Shown: positions 11,535-23,623 of the stretch, piece by piece
Numbering within the stretch: the stretch's first letter is position 1
Layout of the letters: every line of letters begins with the position of its first letter
Assembly: GCA_009103225.1 (NCBI GenBank)
Contig: RHPI01002161.1
Coordinates: 1 to 58,971 of the forward strand
Length of the DNA stretch: 58,971 nucleotides
Direction of reading: 5' to 3'
Source: Chlorokybus atmophyticus
Taxonomy: Eukaryota > Plantae > Mesostigma and Chlorokybus algae
Notes under the pieces: model-generated
Database searches by the model: none
What the model was told of the DNA's origin: nothing
The model's input: only the letters and a program-made list of their open reading frames with translations
Program-made: the position numbers and the translations under genes

Positions 11535-11860
11535 GTGTGTAACCTGCAGGTGCCTGTCACATAGGCTGAGTTACCTAAGTAAAACTGATGTGTAACTTAC
11601 AGGTGCCCGTTGATTAGTTGTAGTCACCTGTTAAGGCCTGATGTGTAACTAACAGGTGCCTGTAAATTATATATACTAACCCTAACCCTAACCCTAAATT
11701 ATATAATGTCACCTGTTAAGGCTTGATATGTAACTATTAGGCGCCTGTTAGTTAGGCATAGTCAACTGTTAAAGACTAAATTGTAATAAAAAGGGCCTGA
11801 CAGTAACGAAAGTTACTATTAGGTCCCTGTATCAAGATTACAGGTGGCCTGAGCCACGAC
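11535..11860. repeat. Degenerate ~53-nt tandem array (subterminal repeats)
   Basis: 4-5 units with core GATGTGTAACT-n-CAGGTGCCTGT...GTCACCTGTTAAGGC starting near 11535, 11586, 11639 and 11724. Confidence 0.8.
11676..11695. repeat. Interstitial telomere-type (CTAACC)3 repeat
   Basis: CTAACCCTAACCCTAACCCT flanked by a direct repeat TAAATTATATA (11663-11673 and 11695-11705). Confidence 0.85.
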
Positions 11861-11959
11861 AGTCTAAATTAGTGTCCTCAGGTGCACGGCCGTTGCCAAA
11901 ATTTGGTCGGCCGGCAGGGAAAACATATTGCGACGGTGGCAGGCTAACTGTCTGCCTGG

Positions 11960-12252
11960 CAGAGTGCAACAAAGCGGAAGACGAGGTAAGCATGTGTATG
12001 CTGATGGGCTAGTCCTCTGGCAGCACGCCACTCTTACAGCATAACCAAATGCAGGTGGTCACTCTCAAAGCGACCATCAAGCGCATGCGCGTGCACGGCG
12101 AGGTGCTGACATTCAAGCTGAAGGACGAAGTAGCCGATGTATTGTCAGCGAGTGAGGCAGAAGATGACTCCAATGTTGAAGCAGAAGACTTGTCGGAGGA
12201 GGAACAGGAGGAGGGGGTTGAGGAGTTCAGAGGCAAGCACCAATGCGCATGA
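11960..12252 (+). pseudogene. Spliced acidic gene fragment within a segment rich in AACGGC repeats
   Basis: GACGAG|GTAAGC donor at ~11985, ATGCAG| acceptor at ~12054 and a D/E-rich ORF to 12252; no start or domain recognised. Confidence 0.3.
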
Positions 12253-13781
12253 GTACGACAGCTAGACTCAATGTTGTAGGTAGTTTCATGTGCAAGTCGG
12301 CTGCTCAGTTGCCAGTGGACATACTCTCACCACGACTGGGACATTGTATATATTGTGGGCTTATAGATGCAAGACCAAACAATCAGTCCAAGGTTTGTAC
12401 AAGCTGCATGGCATGTTAGTGTTGGCTTACGGCAAGAATTGCCAACTTTTGTCAAACGGCAAGGGTCACATATTAACAGCAGTGTAACGGCAAAGAAACT
12501 GACGGCTACTGCTGTCAGCTGTCCGTAACTACCGGCTAACGGCCGTCTGTGCACATCGACAAAAGGGTAACTGGTTGACAACTCTCGGCCGGTTAGTGCC
12601 ACTGACAACCATTTTCGGCCCGCGGCCGTTTGCGTCAGTCCAATCAAGCCAACGGCAAACCCAACAGTCCAAAAATAACATTTCAGGCAGCGGCAAGCAG
12701 GCTCAGGCAGGCTCAGGCACCAGTCAGTCCCTTAGTCCTTAGGCAGTCACTTAGTCCTTAGTCAGTCAGTCACTGTGTAAAATTTGCAACAAATAAATAA
12801 AGCGTGACGAGCGTGATGAACATGGCGTCACGGATTCAATGCATAACGTAATCATGTTGAGCGTGATGAACGTGATAGGTAGAGCGTGATGCGCAAGGCG
12901 TGGTGGGTAGGAGATGCTCGTTCGTAGCATAAATATTCTCTTGATGTTTAAAAGTACATAATATGCTCTTAAACACGCAGAGAATAACGTCGTTGGTAAT
13001 ATACTATAGCTCAAGATAAATGATGCTTTTAGCGAGGATAGATTGTATAATCTCAAACCGCAAATGCGGCGATTGAAGCTAACACGGTCGGTTGAATGTT
13101 ATAATTAAGTTATCAACAAGATTGTCAGCTTACTATTTATTAACATGTATAGAGCTGTTCGATTGAAAGCTTATAAAGTTCGCTGATGAGTTCGAGACCG
13201 TTTCTCCACGTCGTAGTGCTGCCTAACAATAACACTACAGTTCAACCCTTTCTTGATGTCCCACTCGCTGACATGGTCAGAAGTGCGTTTAACTCAAGCG
13301 CTATTTGATAAAACTGCACACAAGTCGTGACTGAAAACACCGAGAAAAAGTTGATTGATGAATGACAGCACGTCAAAGGTATGGGCAGGCAGGCGAAATT
13401 GGAGCAGGAGCAAGCTCGTAAATGTATTGTGAGCATAATGCCGAGTTGAAATGACCACGGCTCTATTGAAGGCTTCTGTCTCCACACAAGTAACTGAATA
13501 ACAAAGAGGAGTACACCCCTCTTTTGTGCAGATAGCAGTGGCCGTGACACGTACGGGTCGCCCTTCTTCGAGCTCAAGGGCAAGCGCACTGGGTCTCCTT
13601 CACGGCGTTGAGTGTGTGCCCGATTACAACCACACCACACACACAGCTCCCGTGCGTACATTTGTGTTGACGGGTTTGCATAACCACTGATGCTGTATGC
13701 AACACGTCAGGCCGAGGCAAGGAAAGGTTTGGGCGTTACGCGGTCTGCAACGCATGTTTGTGATATCTCAATGGGGATTCG

Positions 13782-15899
13782 GTGTTTAATGGGCGCGCCT
13801 CTCGTCCGTTCATGGCGGAGAGAGGCATCCACTTGTATACGACAAAGGCCGAGAGCGGGCGCGTGTCCATCATCAAAATCGTTCCCCCTCCCGGCACCAC
13901 CAGCTTCAAGGGCAAGCGACAGCATGGACTGCGTGGTGGAGCAGATCCTCCTCCCGCAGTGCGTCAGCGACTACTACGCTCCCAACACCAACTTTGCCGC
14001 CGCTTATTCACGTCCTGGGTGGGAAGATTCTTGGCGCATGGCCCTCCGCTAGGCGCAGGTCAACAACCTCGGCATAGTGGTCACCGCGGGGACGCTCCTT
14101 CGCGTGCGGCCCGTCACGATCCGCGTCGACGGGTTCAACCATGCGCAGTTCACCATCACGTATGGTCTCAGCTACATGGCCATCACCCTTGCGGGCGTGA
14201 CGGGCTTCCGGGACGAAGCTCGAGGTCACCCCGGACGGCAGCGGCAACACGTGGAGCGTCATTGACCAAAGCGTGTGGGGGAAGGATTGGGGACTTCTGG
14301 CAGGCAGACTACAACGCGCCCTCGTCCACACTGGTGTGACATGGGAGATCACCTTCTCTGTGAACTTGGAGGCGGCCCGCGACACACGCGCCACGCGCAC
14401 CTACCGATTCCAGCTCGCGGGTCTGTCGCGGACCTCTTCGGCATGACCACCTGGAACGGCAACCCACTCCTCTGACCTACATTGGCGTACGTGGGCGGCC
14501 CGATCTCGGCCACGACGAAAGCGCGTGCAGTCCGCTTCGCCCCCGCCACACCCCGTCCTAACAGACGTCACCGTCGTTAGTGGCCCCCTCACCGTGACCG
14601 GCCTCGTCATCGGACAGGACGTGAGTGCGTGTGTGTGTGCGTTTGTCAGCATGTTCAGGCGCATGTGGACAGACTCTCTGTCCAAGTGAAAGACGGTCCC
14701 TCACTTGTGCCCATGTAGCAGACTTCAAGTAGTGGAGGAGTGTAGACGGTCAAGGTGGCGGCGGGGCAGTCCGTGGTGATATCCGCTCCGGTAATGTTCA
14801 CTTACAGAGGGGCCATACCATGCAACTTCACGGGTATCACCTGCTGCGATGCAAATCTTGCCCTGAAAAGACATCAACAACGCTTTCTGCTCACACTGCT
14901 GGCATTTTTGTTGTACAAACACGTGCAGGCTGGTCCAACATTGGCGCGCGAACGCAGACGATCAAGGTTGACGCAAGGTCAATCAACACGTTCATCGCGT
15001 ACTACACGATCGCCACCCCCAGCGGCAGCCAATAGGGTTAGCACACGCGCTGGAACGTTTCCTCCTCATGATTCTTACTCTCTACTATTGTACATAACAA
15101 TCCAATATGCGGGCGTGTAGGGGCATTGCCATTGAACCTTTCGGTGGCGGACGTTGGTGTTGCGACGTACCCCAACATGCTGCCCAGTGGTGCGTTTGTG
15201 GACTAGAGGACGAACTTCTTCTTTATGGCGGGCGGCATGGGCGTCTCCGGCACGGTGGATCAGCACGCGTTTGTCTACAAGAACGTGAGTGCGCATGCGC
15301 ATGCAGTGTATGCTGTGCACGCGTAACGCTGTTGCGAGTGAGTGGGACTGAACAGTGACGTGATGTGTTGTGTGGCAGTTGCGGGACGTGACTGGGTTTG
15401 AGGCGGTGGTGAAGGTGTCCGCGGTGCAGTACAGCATATACAGCGCGCAGTTTGGTCTTGCGGTGAGGCAGTCTCTGTCTCCGCGCTCGGCCATCACGCA
15501 CTGGGTCATCACACCCAAACGCTACCTCACATACCAGTACCGCACAGCCTATGCAGAGCGTGCCAACATCAACTACATCACCAACAGTATGTCACTGTCG
15601 TTGTTGCTGTTGTTGCAATTGTTGATGTTGCTGTTATCAAGTGTCATCACCAGTGTCGTGTTGCAGATGATACGGCTGTGCCCAACTGGCCGGTATGGTT
15701 GAAGATGATTCACTCCAACAGCGAGGGTGTACAGCTTCAGATTAGCTGGGACGGGTCCAGCTGGCGCACGGTGCGCAGCAGTCCCGTGCCGTTTCAGCTC
15801 ACGGGCACCGTGTTCGTCGGGGTCTTCGGCTCCGTGGGCACGCCACAGAGGATGACCATGCTCAGCGCCAGCGACCTCTCCATCCAAGCGTACTCGTGA
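13782..15899 (+). pseudogene. Multi-exon pseudogene with C-terminal ConA-like (DUF1349 / beta-xylosidase C-terminal-like) domain
   Basis: Spliced C-terminus FFMAGGMGVSGTVDQHAFVYKN|LRDVTGFEAVVKVSAVQ...QFGLAVRQSL...QYR...|WPVWLKM...QISWDGSSWRTV...VFVGVF matches the bacterial DUF1349-type pattern. In-frame TAG stops (14050, 15204) and frameshifts upstream. Confidence 0.6.
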
Positions 15900-16974
15900 G
15901 GGTGAACAGAGAGCTGGCACGCATGACAATGCAGGTGTTGGAAACCAACCAACCGACCATAGAGAGAGGGCCTCGAGGGCAATTGAGACACACACATACA
16001 CGCTCACACACGCGCGCCAAGAGTGGTATCAGAAGGAATGGTGGATGTATCGCTCATGAACCCTCCCTCCCCTCTACCCTTCATTCTTTGTAGCTAGTAA
16101 GTTGTGGGTTCCCCATTCAACAGATTAGACATGACACGTTTGTACACTCTCACAATTGTCAGCGATTGATACTATGGTCACTGCCTCACCCAGGAGGCCC
16201 TGTCACTCCACACATCGTCCTGGCAACAGGTGTATCCACTGTATGCATGCAATTGGCTCATAGCAGGACCCAATGCTGCTGTTGCATTACACATCTGTAT
16301 AGCCCAAGACGCATGCCCACAGTCATCCAACCCCCTTTAATAGCGCCGTCCAAGCCTGTTAGGGTATGGGAAACAACGCCGTTGTTTCCCATACCTGCGT
16401 TTGATACGGTATCAAACGCACCACACGGGAGCGACTGCAGAGTGATGGTGTAGTGTGGTAGTTGCAGGCATCAGTGTCTCCATCAGCGAGTTAGTGTGCG
16501 CACCTGTTGAGGTAGAACGTGTGAAGGTGAGCTCCCGCTTGACCCGCTGAGGTTTGTTGATGCGGCATGCGTTTTATAGAGGACTGTGATGTTGCTATGT
16601 CGGAAGGCATGTGTCATTTTTGCTGAAAATCTGGTAAATGCCTTATCAGTGATGTGGTGTATGGCCAACAGAGATGAGGCAGGTACTTAGTGCAGGCATA
16701 AGGATGCACGCCTTAGGTTGCCTGCAGTCTTTATCGTGATCAAAAATGATGTTGAGTATCAACCAAGCACAGACGATCATGACTAAATGCATGCAATCAC
16801 GCACCAGCAGCATGCTCCGCACGTTTGTGTACCATGGCATGCATACACAGTGAGCCGTAAGTACAAGGCAGGTCATTTACCATAGTGCAAGGTAGACAAG
16901 ATGATTCTCATATGTCTCCAGTGGAATTGTCACATTGATGAGTGGCATACACAATTAGTGGATGCGGCTGATTG

Positions 16975-16977
<3 letters not shown>

Positions 16978-17068
<91 letters not shown>

Positions 17069-17090
17069 CACACACACGCGCACACACACA
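16978..17090. repeat. (CA)n / (CACG)n compound microsatellite
   Basis: Directly visible. Confidence 0.95.
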
Positions 17091-20000
17091 ATCCTCACAT
17101 GGTGACGCCTCCCCAGTTGCGCAATGCCGTCACAGCACGGCGGGCATGAAGGCCATCACGGTGACGGTGCAGCAGCTGGGCGTCACCATCACGCGGCAGT
17201 ACCCGCCCTTCAACATGGCCGCTTTTAGACCCGTCTGCCCACCATCGTAAGTGAAACAAGCCAGAACAGCGGCGCGTCCGCTGTGTGCTGTGTCACCTGT
17301 GCCTGTCTGCTTACCAATGTTGTGTGTGCTCTTTCTCTCTGCCTCTCTCTCCCTCAGTGCAGGCAGGGTCCTTGGGCACCAGTCGTATGCATCGAGCGTA
17401 TGGGGTGGGGGCAACTACGCGTGCAACTACCCGCCGGGCCTCAAACCCTCAACCACATTGGCCAGCGCATTCGCAAGCCGAGCGCCGGAGGACGCGAGTC
17501 GTACAGCGCTACTACCAGGGTCTCAGAACGCAGCCTAGCAATCTCATGGACTCTCTGGCCGAAGAGGCTGCGGCTGCGCTGCTCAACGCCAGTCGTTACT
17601 ACTTTTCTCTGTGCCCTCCGCGAGTTAAGCTCACCTTCCGCCACGCGCTGTGTCACGTGCCAAACTCAGCTGAGGGTAAGTGTCCACTCTGTTATAGATG
17701 CAAGCAATTTCATGTGATGTGTGTTCTGATGCACAATCTGTCGGCAGTGGTGGCCGCACGCAGCCTATTCCTTAAGGGAAACACGCGAGACTCCTGCCCT
17801 TTCCATCCATGTCGGCGCTGAACATTACGAGAAGCGGCGTTGCCTGGCACCACGTGATAGCAGCTCTTGTGAACTCGATTTGCTTGGCAAGCAATACTAA
17901 CGATAAAACCACCTGCCTCGCGTACCAAGGTTTGAAGAATATTGACAAAGGTGTTATGTGCTTCAGAGCTGGACAAGGGCATTCTTAGGATGTGTACATA
18001 TCCATTCAGAAGGTAGTGCACGCGTGAGCTATCAGCTCTGAACTGTGATGTTTAATGCTGGAAGGCTCCATGGCTTGCAAAGTATCATATGCGTAATCAA
18101 TGTGTAGCCGCATCAGCAACTGTCTCTCTGATCGGCTGCCGCGAGTCGCATCCTCTCACCTGTTCCTCCCCTCGCTGTGGTTCTGTGCTCACCGCTGTGG
18201 TAGAGCTCAACAGAGGCATGCAAGCTCTACAAAGGAGGGAATATCAGCCGTGCATGGCTGTCTGTGGCTGGGTATGCGACGACTCTTGTTTCCAACAGCA
18301 CTCCATGCCATAAGCACTTTGCCCATGGTTGTAGTGAGGCGATGCAGCTGCTGTGATCAGCAGAGTTAGCTTAGTGTCAGCTACCTACTAGTGATAAACG
18401 TGATGGTCCTGCTTCTGCCGCCGTGGCAATGGTTGACGTTATGGTCAGCAGTTCAGCATCATGAAGTCTCACCACGTGCTTCGTCAGCACTGGTGTACAC
18501 CAGGCAGGGTGCAGCAACATCTGTATACATGTCAGCCAGATGCCCCTTATGCGCCGGCCAATGCATCAATGTGTACCAGCACAGATGGGCAACACACACG
18601 GTAGTACTGGACACTGGACAACTGTATGTGCAAGGCAGCGTGCTGCAACATGAGCTATGTAGAGTTGGGTGTCAGAGTTGCTGTATGCACACAATGCTAC
18701 CGTGTGTGACCAGCACAAGCTTATGATACAAGTACACACAGCATGGTGTACCAAACGATGGTGCAATGGCTTCAACCACAAGCATATGCTCGCATATGCT
18801 GTGCATCCAGTTGATGCCAAATCTGATCTGCGGCTAGCAAGGGCGCGGCAGCATGGTAACGTCCAACATCAGAGTCTTCGCTTGCTATTGCTACCAACTT
18901 TGCTCAATGGAGCTGGTCACGACAACCTTTTTGGCCCCATCGTTGATGGCAGTCACCATGCGCTCACTTTGCAGCTGCTGAGAGACGCTCATGCGCGCAA
19001 CAGTAGATGACCTGCCAGCACCTGTGGATGCGCATGTTTGCGTAGGTGTACGCATGTGTGGGTTTGCCTTCGTGTGTGTGTGCGGGTGGGATCATGCGTG
19101 CAGGCTTGTGTGTCTGTGTTGGTGCTTACCTGCTTACCGACAAAATTGTGCGCATGGCATGAATCATTGCGAACGTGAACAAGCGCTTCTGAAAGCTCCT
19201 AGCAGTCTTCACCCTTTTGTGCCATGGGAAACATGCATGACTCACTTGCAACACGGAGTGCCAGGTCATAGGTTGGACAGGCCCACTGCCTCGCAATGAT
19301 CAGTAGCACCCTTCGCTGCTTATTGTTGTTGCTAGCACATGGTGCAATTACAACCATTTTTGTCACGTAGTATGTCGCTGCAGTGCACACGATCTTATAA
19401 ATGCAGCCAATCAACATACCATGGCTGTCTTGGCTTCCCAATGCAAGGTGCCGCTCCAGCTTGGATACAACAGCAAGCCCCAGCCTTGTCTCTGCCAATG
19501 GACGCTCTCAAGCGCCCCACATGCCTTTGTCGACGCTGCAGCAGGCAAGAACATGAGTAGTCAGATGCATAAATAGCAAAACAGAGAGGTGTGTAGCATG
19601 ATAGCATATACACACCGTCAATGGATATATGACACAAACATCATTGTAGTACAGAATCTAATATACCTGTACAACAAAAGTATAATGTACCATGGCTGCT
19701 CTGTTGGTTTGTGGCTTGAATATGAACAAACACGTCGTCACGCGCAACTCCAAGCGCATAATGCGTGCAAGTAGTAGCACGCCCGGCGTTTTCGACATCT
19801 GTGTTGTGCTTCAGGTTTGCGCTCTCTAACCCCACAGAGCAGGTTCTGTCGCATAGGTTTACGTTCCAAGCATGCAGAACAGGATGGTACCACCGTGCAC
19901 TGTATCAGTACATGCAGCCATTGAGGCGAAATAACCATGTGCTATGCTGACACCCTTGTCGGTGAAAACTGAAGCACACATCTGCCGTGGGTCTGTCATG

Positions 20001-20732
20001 CTTGACAGCCTGAGAAGCCCAGTCTCACATGCAGCAATCCACATCATGAGGAGGGCCTAAACGGATCGCATCACTGTTTCTTTTCCCATACAGTCGACAT
20101 GAAATGACACTTACCCACCTGCGCAGAAGCAAAGACCAACCGATGCATGCGACACACCAGAGAGTGTGCGTTCCGTCTCTGTCTTTTCAGCAACGCATAA
20201 GCAGCAACGCAGTAAGAGCTCGGAATAAGGTTTGCAGCGCGAGCGATCTCTACACGACAACACACGCAAACACGCTGTACAGCGCAGCAACAGCAGACGC
20301 CTCCAAACCCTCGGCCTGCCCCGCGCGCCCCTACTCCGCACACCTACACCCTCGCCGCCTTCAAGACGTAGTCTGCAGATTGATGTGTACTAACGATTGC
20401 TGCCGGCATTAGCCCACACGCACGTACACGACCCCTGATTTTTATCAACGATGGTACCAAGGCAAAGACAACACCTGAGCTACCACCAGACCAATCAGTC
20501 CGTTGTATACATAAATCATGCTGCCAGCTTCGCGGTGGACTCCAACGCAGTACACCATGGTGTCGTAGTACGTATTTGTAAGTAAAGTAAGCACTTGTGT
20601 CCGTGTCAATCTGACCGCTATTGTGTACATGATATGTGAAATGCTGTATGCATGTGGAATTGATGGGCAATGCAATGGAGGGTTGGGCCATGCATGACAC
20701 ATGCAACCAAGACAATCACAAAAACTTAGTCA

Positions 20733-22838
20733 TTAACAACACCACCAGTGTGTGTACATGTGTGCCAAGAACGGCACAAGCAAAGTAAATACACTATCCG
20801 CATTAGTTAATACGGGGTGACCAATGAAACTGCCTAGCATGAAGAAGTTGGTATCGGTGACGCACATGCGAGTTGCAAGCATTGGAGTGCTGCTAACATG
20901 ACTTGTCCGGGCCGCCACCGCCGCCAAGTACATTGAGCAGTAGCTCAAAGTGACGACTCCAGTTGCCATCTGATAGGTTGGAGATGTCTGACATGATCTG
21001 CTGCAGAAACAGCAAGCATTGCATGAGCATCACAGCCATCTATGTAGATCGTTGTCATTACGCAAGCTCAACAAGACTCATTGCAGCGGGAACCATTTTT
21101 CTTACCTCTTGCAATGGGCCCTCCCCACCGCAACGCACGCATGCGCGCTGCTGAGCCAGTGCACTTGGCACACTATGTGGAACTTACAACTTGCCATGGG
21201 ACCAACAATGAATGCTGACGACTTAATCAAGTCTGGGGTTAGAGTTAGGGTTAGGGTTAGGGTCCTGCATGCAACAGCCACAATGCGCCAATGGCATGAT
21301 AACGCAACCCACTTGGTTGTTGTTAAAGAAACAACAACTGCAGTCGAATGCATACCTGGGCAGTTGGCTCCTCAGTAATGCCACGAGGTTCAACCTCTGT
21401 CACCGTCGCTAATGGTTGGGGGATGTGCGCATGGTGGCTGGTTGCACCTGTGCTGAACTCTATGACCACATCCAAACTGCCACCCAACAAAGACCGTCTA
21501 GCAGTAGTAGATGTGAGAAGGACACAACCTACGCACTTGTCTTGCATCAACGCGCTCAGCGCCATCGACCCCTGATACCTGTGCATTGCGCAGCTCAGTT
21601 ACAGGTCACTGTTGGGACGCTTGCATGGCAGCCATGCAGACACGCACAGCAGAGCCAGCCTGTGTGCTCACCTGCACGCCGTGCCATCAGGCAGCGTGAC
21701 GACCAGCCGAGCCACGAGGTGGCTGCGCGTCCACGCCTGCCGTATGTGGTGATCAGACCACAGCACGGCCATCTCAAACTGCTCATTGTACTGGATGGTC
21801 AAGTCATGGCCAACTCGCTGACGAGGCAGCGACAGCGAATGCTCCGGGCAGAAGCTTCTCGTGCCGGAAGAAGCCTTTGGAGCGATGGGCAACTTGATTG
21901 CTAAGGCGCAATCGGCGTCTTGAAGCTTCGGATCTGTAAGCAGCAGCTTGCCAATGCAAATGCTTGCTATTCTCTCCTCGTGCATTGCACCTGAAGGCAT
22001 GCAACCCTCGTCCACTGCTCTGCTGCTGGTTTCTGCACAAGCAAGCTGATTGACACAATCCAGCACGTGTTTGTGGTAAAGGTCACACATGTTGTGGCCA
22101 ACCATGTGAGGCTTCTGTTGTTCGAGTGCGTGGTGTTGGTGAGAACGCACGAGACGTGCCACGGTGTACGACCTCATCCGACTCAAAGAACAGCTCCTCA
22201 AGAAGTGCATCTTCCGCGTATGCACGGGGATCGTCGTCCCCGTCGTCCAAGAAGCCGTCAACTTCTAGTGAGTAATCGCCCCTTTCAGAGCTTGAGTACA
22301 GACCATGAGGCAAGATGGCATCATCCAGTTCACCATCATCGTCATCTGACAGCCTGCCTCACAAACCATACCATCAGGCACAGGCACAGTTAACCTAACA
22401 ACAGGAGAACCAGTCACCTCCACTCACGCACCTGAACGCGGCCTCCAGCAGTGTCTCATCCTGGTGGCGTAAGGGCTGTGCACCGCCGTTACTCAGCCCA
22501 GGAGTGATGTCCTCCATCTCAGCCTGACTGGTCATTGCCTTTGCCATTGCTTCCCGAAGACGGATGCCACGGGCAATCAGGTCGGACAGCAGCTGGTCGT
22601 AACGGCTGACATTGTGACCAGCTTCATCTGAGCAGCCGATCACTTCCGTGCGCAGCGTGTGTGCAGGCCGATCACGCACCTCTGCTGCTTCAGGGTTGTT
22701 TGCTCGTTCAGGGGCTTGCGTCGCACGCTGACTAACATCTGATCGGCCTGCAGGGTCGTTGCGAAGCATGTTTTCAATTTCGACAAATGATAGCTTGTGG
22801 TTAGCGATTGCCTCCGCCATTGCGAATGAAGCCTCCAT
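20733..22838 (-). pseudogene. Exon-like ORF fragments of an unknown multi-exon gene, possibly decayed
   Basis: Protein-like ORFs 22395-22847, 22083-22313, 21668-22261, 21323-21586 and 20733-20969 with splice-site-like boundaries; the frame could not be fully reconstructed and no domain was recognised. Confidence 0.35.
21236..21262. repeat. Interstitial (TTAGGG)n repeat
   Basis: GGGTTAGAGTTAGGGTTAGGGTTAGGG. Confidence 0.85.
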
Positions 22839-23623
22839 ACTTATCAATCACAAAGTGCTCCTCCTCTCACTCCAGTTGTTAGGACCCTCCGTATTTACTC
22901 CTTTTCTGTCTGCTAGAGTTTACGTAACTTCGGAAGCTACACAAGTTGATCACAAACTAAAGTCAGTCAGTTGCAGCGTTGCGCTGCAGTGATCGCATCA
23001 CACATGACGTGTTGAAAGCAGTAGCATGCATTGCTGATCATCGCCAAGCTATGCTACAGGCATGCTACTGTGTATGTGTCATCTCATACACGCACACACA
23101 TGACATGACATATACACAGTAACATGTTGTTGCTAACAACCTGACGATGAGGCGACAGCGATGACAATCTACGTGTGCATGGCACTAACGCGCATGACGC
23201 AATAAATGCCGCTAATGCCGCTACCGCTCGCCAATGATGGATGACCATGAAGGCAGCTCCGCGCCACCAAGCCCGCTGTCTTGCTGCACTAACATTTCCC
23301 CACCCCTCCGTGGACCACCGCCACTGCCACCAGCCCTGCCGCCGCCGCTTGCCGCCACCTCGCCACGTGGCAAGCTAGGGTTTGCTACCTCACGGCAAAC
23401 TCCGTTTGTTTAAGGTTGCAACCAAAAATCGAACGCGAGGACACTAACTGCGAACCGCAGAGATTCACATTTGTTTCGGCTATTTCCGGGGTTCAAGCTG
23501 AGACTTTGACCACGTGATCAGCGTGGTCCGTGAAAGGTGAGGGCGGCGGCGGCGGCGGTGGCGGCGGCGACGATCTAGGTAGATCTGGGGATGGCTGTGG
23601 GAGGACTCGCTCAGCTTTGAGCC

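Larger units (their letters stand above)
1..11874. mobile_element. Large Plavaka-type (CMC/CACTA-related) DNA transposon with cargo genes; left end outside window
   Basis: Transposase at 75-2434, densely packed spliced cargo genes mostly with short 60-115 nt introns, a ~53-nt subterminal tandem array at 11535-11860 and a TAGTG (reverse complement of CACTA) at 11870-11874. The right boundary is inferred; no left TIR or TSD is visible. Confidence 0.65.

Noticed and set aside
11535-11860. Regularly spaced repeats that could be mistaken for a CRISPR array
   Set aside because: Units are degenerate tandem copies without unique spacers, in a eukaryotic context with no cas genes.
13160-13210. GAAA…CTGATGAG resembling a hammerhead ribozyme core
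   Set aside because: The flanking stems II and III cannot be formed.
16468-16870. Possible mitochondrial carrier (ADP/ATP translocase-like) exon remnants: GISVSISELVCAPVEVERVK| and SRKYK|
   Set aside because: Only a short PxExxK-like match with an apparent 2-aa duplication; no further carrier repeats could be assembled.
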